A stretch of 64,000 nucleotides of DNA. Source: Macrostomum hystrix. Lineage: Eukaryota; Animalia; Platyhelminthes. The position numbers and the translations under genes are program-made. The DNA is taken from positions 2,852,001 through 2,916,000 of the forward strand of contig CATNEN010000025.1 of the NCBI GenBank assembly GCA_950097015.1. The letters run 5' to 3'. The notes under the pieces were generated by a model. The model saw nothing but the letters and a program-made list of their open reading frames with translations. It had not been told where the DNA came from and ran no database searches. Positions 58,257-64,000 of this stretch are shown piece after piece. Each line of letters opens with the position of its first letter. Position 1 is the first letter of the stretch.

Positions 58257-61200
58257 GGCTAAAACAGAGTTTGAATCATGGCTAAACCAGAGTCTGAATC
58301 ATGGCTAAACCAGAGTCTGAATCATGGCTAAACCAGAGTCTGAATCATGGCTAAACCAGAGTCTGAATCATGGCTAAACCAGAGTCTGAATCATGGCTAC
58401 ACCAGAGTCTGAATCATGGCTAAACCAGAGTCTGAATCATGGCTAAACCAGAGTCTGAATCATGGCTAAACCAGAGTCTGAATCAAGGCTAAACCAGAGT
58501 CTGGATCATGGCTAAACCAGAGTCTGAATCATGGCTAAACCAGAGTCTGAATCATGGCTAAACCAGAGTCTGAATCATGGCTACACCAGAGTCTGAATCA
58601 TGGCTAAACCAGAGTTTGAATCATAGCTAAACCAGAGTCTGAATCATGGCTAAACCAGAGTCTGAATCATTGCTACACCAGAGTCTGAATCATGGCTCAT
58701 AGCTAAACCAGAGTCTGAATCATGGCTAAACCAGAGTCTGAATCATGGCTACACCAGAGTCTGAATCATGGCTAAACCAGAGTCTGAATCATGGCTAAAC
58801 CAGAGTCTGAATCATGGCAAAACTGGAGTCTGAATCATGGCTAAACCAGAGTTTGAATCATGCCTAAACCAGAGTCTGAATCATGGCTAAACCAGAGTCT
58901 GAATCATGGCTAAACCAGAATTTGAATCATAGCTAAACCAGCGTCTTAATCATGGCTAAACTAGAGTCTGAATCATGGCTACACCAGAGTCTGAAACATG
59001 GCAAAACCAGAGTTTGAATCATGGCTAAACCAGATCTTGAATCATGGCTAAACCAGATCTTGAATCATGGCTAAACCAGAGTTTGAATCATAGCTAAACC
59101 AGAGTCTGAATCATGGCTAAACCAGAGTCTGAATCATTGCTACACCAGAGTCTGAATCATGGCTCATAGCTAAACCAGAGTCTGAATCATGGCTAAACCA
59201 GAGTCTGAATCATGGCTACACCAGAGTCTGAATCATGGCTAAACCAGAGTCTGAATCATGGCTAAACCAGAGTCTGAATCATGGCAAAACTGGAGTCTGA
59301 ATCATGGCTAAACCAGAGTTTGAATCATGCCTAAACCAGAGTCTGAATCATGGCTAAACCAGAGTCTGAATCATGGCTAAACCAGAATTTGAATCATAGC
59401 TAAACCAGCGTCTTAATCATGGCTAAACTAGAGTCTGAATCATGGCTACACCAGAGTCTGAAACATGGCAAAACCAGAGTTTGAATCATGGCTAAACCAG
59501 ATCTTGAATCATGGCTAAACCAGATCTTGAATCATGGCTAAACCAGAGTCTGAATCATGGCTAAACCAGCGTCTGAATCAAGGCTAAACCAGAGTCTGAA
59601 TCATGGCTAAACCAGAGTCTGAATCATGGCTAAACCAGAGTCTGAATCATTGCTACACCAGAATTTGAATCATAGCTAAACCAGTGTCTTAATCATGGCT
59701 AAACTAGATTCTGAATCATGGCTAAACCAGAGTCTGAATCATGGCTAAACCAGAGTTTGAATCATGGCTAAACCAGAGTCTGAATCATGGCTAAACCAGA
59801 GTCTGAATCATGGCTACACCAGAGTCTGAATCATGGCTAAACCAGAGTCTGAATCAAGGCTAAACCAGAGTCTGAATCATGGCTAAACCAGAGTCTGAAT
59901 CATGGCTAAACCAGAGTCTGAATCATGGCTAAACCAGAGTCTGAATCAAGGCTAAACCAGAGTCTGGATCATGGCTAAACCAGAGTCTGAATCATGGCTT
60001 AACCAGAGTCTGAATCATGGCTAAACCAGAGTCTGAATCATGGCTACACCAGAGTCTGAATCATGGCTAAACCAGAGTTTGAATCATAGCTAAACCAGAG
60101 TCTGAATCATGGCTAAACCAGAGTCTGAATCATTGCTACACCAGAGTCTGAATCATGGCTCATAGCTAAACCAGAGTCTGAATCATGGCTAAACCAGAGT
60201 CTGAATCATGGCTACACCAGAGTCTTAATCATGGCTAAACCAGAGTCTGAATCATGGCTAAACCAGAGTCTGAATCATGGCAAAACTGGAGTCTGAATCA
60301 TGGCTAAACCAGAGTCTGAATCATTGCTACACCAGAGTCTGAATCATGGCTCATAGCTAAACCAGAGTCTGAATCATGGCTAAACCAGAGTCTGAATCAT
60401 GGCTACACCAGAGTCTGAATCATGGCTAAACCAGAGTTTGAATCATAGCTAAACCAGAGTCTGAATCATGGCTAAACCAGAGTCTAAATCATTGCTACAC
60501 CAGAGTCTGAATCATGGCTCATAGCTAAACCAGAGTCTGAATCATGGCTAAACCAGAGTCTGAATCATGGCTACACCAGAGTCTGAATCATGGCTAAACC
60601 AGAGTTTGAATCATAGCTAAACCAGAGTCTGAATCATGGCTAAACCAGAGTCTGAATCATTGCTACACCAGAGTCTGAATCATGGCTAAACCAGAGTCTG
60701 AATCATGGCTAAACCAGAGTCTGAATCATGGCTAAACCAGAGTCTGAATCATGGCAAAACTGGAGTCTGAATCATGGCTAAACCAGAGTTTGAATCATGC
60801 CTAAACCAGAGTCTGAATCATGGCTAAACCAGAGTCTGAATCATGGCTAAACCAGAATTTGAATCATAGCTAAACCAGCGTCTTAATCATGGCTAAACTA
60901 GAGTCTGAATCATGGCTACACCAGAGTCTGAAACATGGCAAAACCAGAGTTTGAATCATGGCTAAACCAGATCTTGAATCATGGCTAAACCAGATCTTGA
61001 ATCATGGCTAAACCAGAGTCTGAATCATGGCTAAACCAGCGTCTGAATCAAGGCTAAACCAGAGTCTGAATCATGGCTAAACCAGAGTCTGAATCATGGC
61101 TAAACCAGAGTTTGAATCATGGCTAAACCATCGTTTTAATCAAGGCAAAACCAGAGTTTGAATCATGGCTAAACCATCGTTTGAATCATGGCTAAACCAT

Positions 61201-62748
61201 CGTTTGAATCATGGCTAAACCATCGTTTAAATCATGGCTAAACCAGAGTTTGAATCATGGCAAAACCAGAGCTTGAATCATGGCTAAACCAGAGTCTGAA
61301 TCATGGCTAAACCAGATCTTGAATCATGGCTAAACAATTGTTTGAATCATGGCTAAACCATCGTTTGAATCATGGCTAAACCATCGTTTGAATCATGGCT
61401 AAACCAGAGTTTGAATCATGGCTAAACCATCGTTTGAATCATGGCTAAACCAGAGTTTGAATCATGGCTAAACCATCGTTTGAATCATGGCAAAACCAGA
61501 GTTTGAATCATGGCTAAACCATCGTTTGAATCATGGCTAAACCATCGTTTGAATCATGGCTAAACCATCGTTTGAAGCATGGCTAAACCATCGTTTGAAT
61601 CATGGCTAAACCATCGTTTAAATCATGGCTAAACCATCGTTTGAATCATGGCTAAACCAGAGTTTGAATCATGGCTAAACCAGAGTCTGAATCATGGCTA
61701 AACCATCGTTTGAATCATGGCTAAACCATCGTTTACATCATGGCTAAACCATCGTTTGAATCATGGCTAAACCATCGTTTGAATCATGGCTAAACCAGAG
61801 TTTGAATCATGGCTAAACCATCGTTTGAATCATGGCTAAACCATCGTTTGAATCATAGCTAAACCATCGTTTACATCATGGCTAAACCATCGTTTGAATC
61901 ATGTCTAAACCAGAGTTTGAATCATGGCTAAACCAGAGTTTGAATCATGGCTAAACCATCGTTTGAATCATGGCTAAACCATCGTTTAAATCATGGCTAA
62001 ACCATCGTTTGAATCATGGCTAAACCAGAGTTTGAATCATGGCTAAACCAGGGTCTGAATCATGGCTAAACCAGATCTTGAATCATGGCTAAACCATCGT
62101 TTGAATCATGGCTAAACCATCGTTTGAATCATGGCTAAACCATCGTTTGAATCATGGCTAAACCATCGTTTACATCATGGCTAAACCATCGTTTGAATCA
62201 TGGCTAAACCAGAGTTTGAATCATGGCTAAACCAGGGTCTGAATCATGGCTAAACCAGATCTTGAATCATGGCTAAACAATTGTTTGAATCATGGCTAAA
62301 CCAGAGTTTGAATCATGGCTAAACCATCGTTTGAATCATAGCTAAACCAGAGTTTGAATCATGGCAAAACCAGAGTTTGAATCATGGCTTAACCATCGTT
62401 TGAATCATGGCTAAACCATAGTTTGAATCATGGCTAAACCAGAGTTTGAATCATGGCAAAACCAGATCTTGAATCATGGCTAAACAATTGTTTGAATCAT
62501 GGCTAAACCATCGTTTGAATCATGGCTAAACCATCGTTTGAATCATGGCTAAACCATCGTTTGAATCATGGCTAAACCAGAGTTTGAATCATGGCTAAAC
62601 CAGAGTTTGAATCATGGCAAAACCATCGTTTGAATCATGGCTAAACCATCGTTTGAATCATGGCTAAACCAGAGTCTGAATCATGGCTAAACCAGCGTTT
62701 GAACCATGGCTAAACCAGAGTTTGAATCTTGGCTAACCCAGCGTTTGA
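58257..62748. repeat. 23-bp satellite (AATCATGGCTAAACCAGAGTCTG / ...CCATCGTTTG), roughly 195 copies
   Basis: 4.5-kb tandem array with internal higher-order duplication. Confidence 0.97.
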
Positions 62749-62754
62749 AAAATC

Positions 62755-63135
62755 AACGTCAACTGGGGAGTCATCATCAAAATGGGGATCATGGTAAACT
62801 GGGGGATAATCGTCAACTGGGGGATCGTGGTAAACTGGGGGATAATTGTCAACTGGGTGATCATTGTCAACTGGGGGGTCATTGTCAACTGGGGGATCAT
62901 TGTCAACTAGGGGGAAATGGTCAACTGGGGGATAATCGTCAACTGGGGGATCATTGTCAACTAGGGGGAAATGGTCAACTGGGGGATAATCGTCAACTGG
63001 GGGATCATGGTAAACTGGGGGATAATTGTCAACTGGGGGATCATTGTCAACTGGGGGATCATCATCAACTAGGGGATCATCATCAACTGGGGGATCATTG
63101 TCAACTGGGGGATCATTGTCAACTGGGGGTTCATT
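62755..63135. repeat. 18-bp satellite, about 21 copies
   Basis: Same monomer as 20286-20950. Confidence 0.93.
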
Positions 63136-63230
63136 GTAGCTATAAAAAGCTGTAAATTCAGCTGCTAAAAAGTATATACTAGACGAATTAAAAGTATTTC
63201 TGCTCCCCGAAGGGGGGCATAACTTGCTAG

Positions 63231-63317
63231 TCAAATGTTCTATTGAGCGTTCACGTGTTTTACAAAGGGTTTAAAAATTTACCAAGCGCTTAACGTTTTA
63301 CCTAGCGTTCAAACTTT
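63231..63317. repeat. Continuation of the 20-bp satellite on the right flank of the Helitron chain (about 4 degenerate units)
   Basis: gagcgttcacgtgttttaca, aagcgcttaacgttttacc and tagcgttcaaacttt match variants seen at 18549-19165. Confidence 0.8.
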
Positions 63318-64000
63318 ATCAGTCTTATCACAATCAGTGCCTTTATGACAAGATTGGAATAGAGAAACATGAGCCGAAGCGAAATCTTCAGACTGTCGAG
63401 GTTTTGACCAGTCAACAAGCGCATTCAGAACACCTTTGAGTCCGGACGCAAGCATATTTCAGTCGATAAATATAATCATTGAGATCTGTTTATAAGAGTG
63501 TCTTTACCACTGCCAGGTTTTACTATAATATGAGTATTAATAGCTCTTTAATAAATTTACTAAATTCATTCGTTGCCTCAAGGGAGTCGACTTTCTTGAC
63601 CAGGCGAAGCGAAAATGTTAATCTGGCACGCGCGATACAGAAACGCCACTACGCCTCAAGAATCGCACATCGATAAAATTGATTCTGAAGCCGCAGTCCA
63701 ATTGATTATTGCTTGGACTGGCACAGCTAGCGGGCTATTCTAGCTGCTGTTTAAAGTGCAAGTGCGCTCCCACAAATTAAAAAATATAAATATAAAAATG
63801 TAAAACAACACACTTCACACTACATTTTTATTGAATATAATGCTTCCCAGATAATCTATTGGCAATAAAATAAGTCTAAGTCGATTATAATTTCTACCGG
63901 AAGCGCATGAATAAAATCACATAATGCCTTCAAGCTACAAAAGTAATAAATAGATAAATGTTACTATATACTTTACAAGGCAACCCGATAATAAGAAAAT

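Larger units (their letters stand above)
19166..63230 (+). mobile_element. 44-kb head-to-tail concatemer of 15 Helitron units
   Basis: Starts A|TCCAACTATACTAAA and ends hairpin-CTAG|T. Internal junctions follow positions 21048, 21451, 21778, 22119, 22529, 22885, 42811, 43150, 43493, 43829, 45331, 47686, 55763 and 57662. Confidence 0.9.
57663..63230 (+). mobile_element. Unit 15: non-autonomous Helitron (diverged type A 5' end, type b 3' end)
   Basis: 5' tactatactaaaaatgaaatgcttgc...ctcccgaacggctcaaccgatttt. The last about 100 bp closely resemble the end of unit 1; it ends CTAG|T at 63230. Confidence 0.85.

Noticed and set aside
18549-62748. CRISPR-like appearance of the many short repeats
   Set aside because: The repeats are contiguous with no unique spacers, there are no cas genes, and the context is eukaryotic.
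23473-62748. Link between the 23-bp satellites and the 23-aa STPR repeats
   Set aside because: Numerical coincidence; the periods are 23 bp versus 69 bp and there is no sequence relationship.

Overview
This is eukaryotic, most likely invertebrate animal, DNA made almost entirely of mobile elements and satellites. Spliceosomal introns can be reconstructed by hand. (1) 1-9.9 kb is a tightly packed TE cluster. It holds two decayed IS630/Tc1-type transposases, an animal-type Crypton tyrosine recombinase (three 1-bp frameshifts, catalytic residues intact), and an internally deleted PIF/Harbinger element. A young Ty3/Gypsy LTR retrotransposon (2954-7481, 218-bp LTRs differing at one base, CCATG target duplication) splits the Harbinger transposase. 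(2) 10.2-18.5 kb holds a disrupted two-domain METTL24/Methyltransf_22-like gene, the last exon of a class A GPCR, and tRNA-derived repeats. (3) 19166-63230 is the main finding: one 44-kb chain of 15 Helitron units, all on the + strand and joined head-to-tail at CT(A/C)G|T junctions. The chain sits between an A and a T of a 20-bp satellite that resumes on the far side. It mixes at least three 5'-end types and three 3'-end types. It includes two Rep/helicase genes: an apparently intact 9-exon STPR-OTU-Rep-PIF1 gene of about 1716 aa with a downstream RPA70-like gene, and a 9-exon gene with one frameshift. It also includes thirteen non-autonomous units and several internal satellites (15, 18, 23, 28, 75 and 248 bp). 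All calls come from reading the sequence and recalled family motifs; no searches were run.
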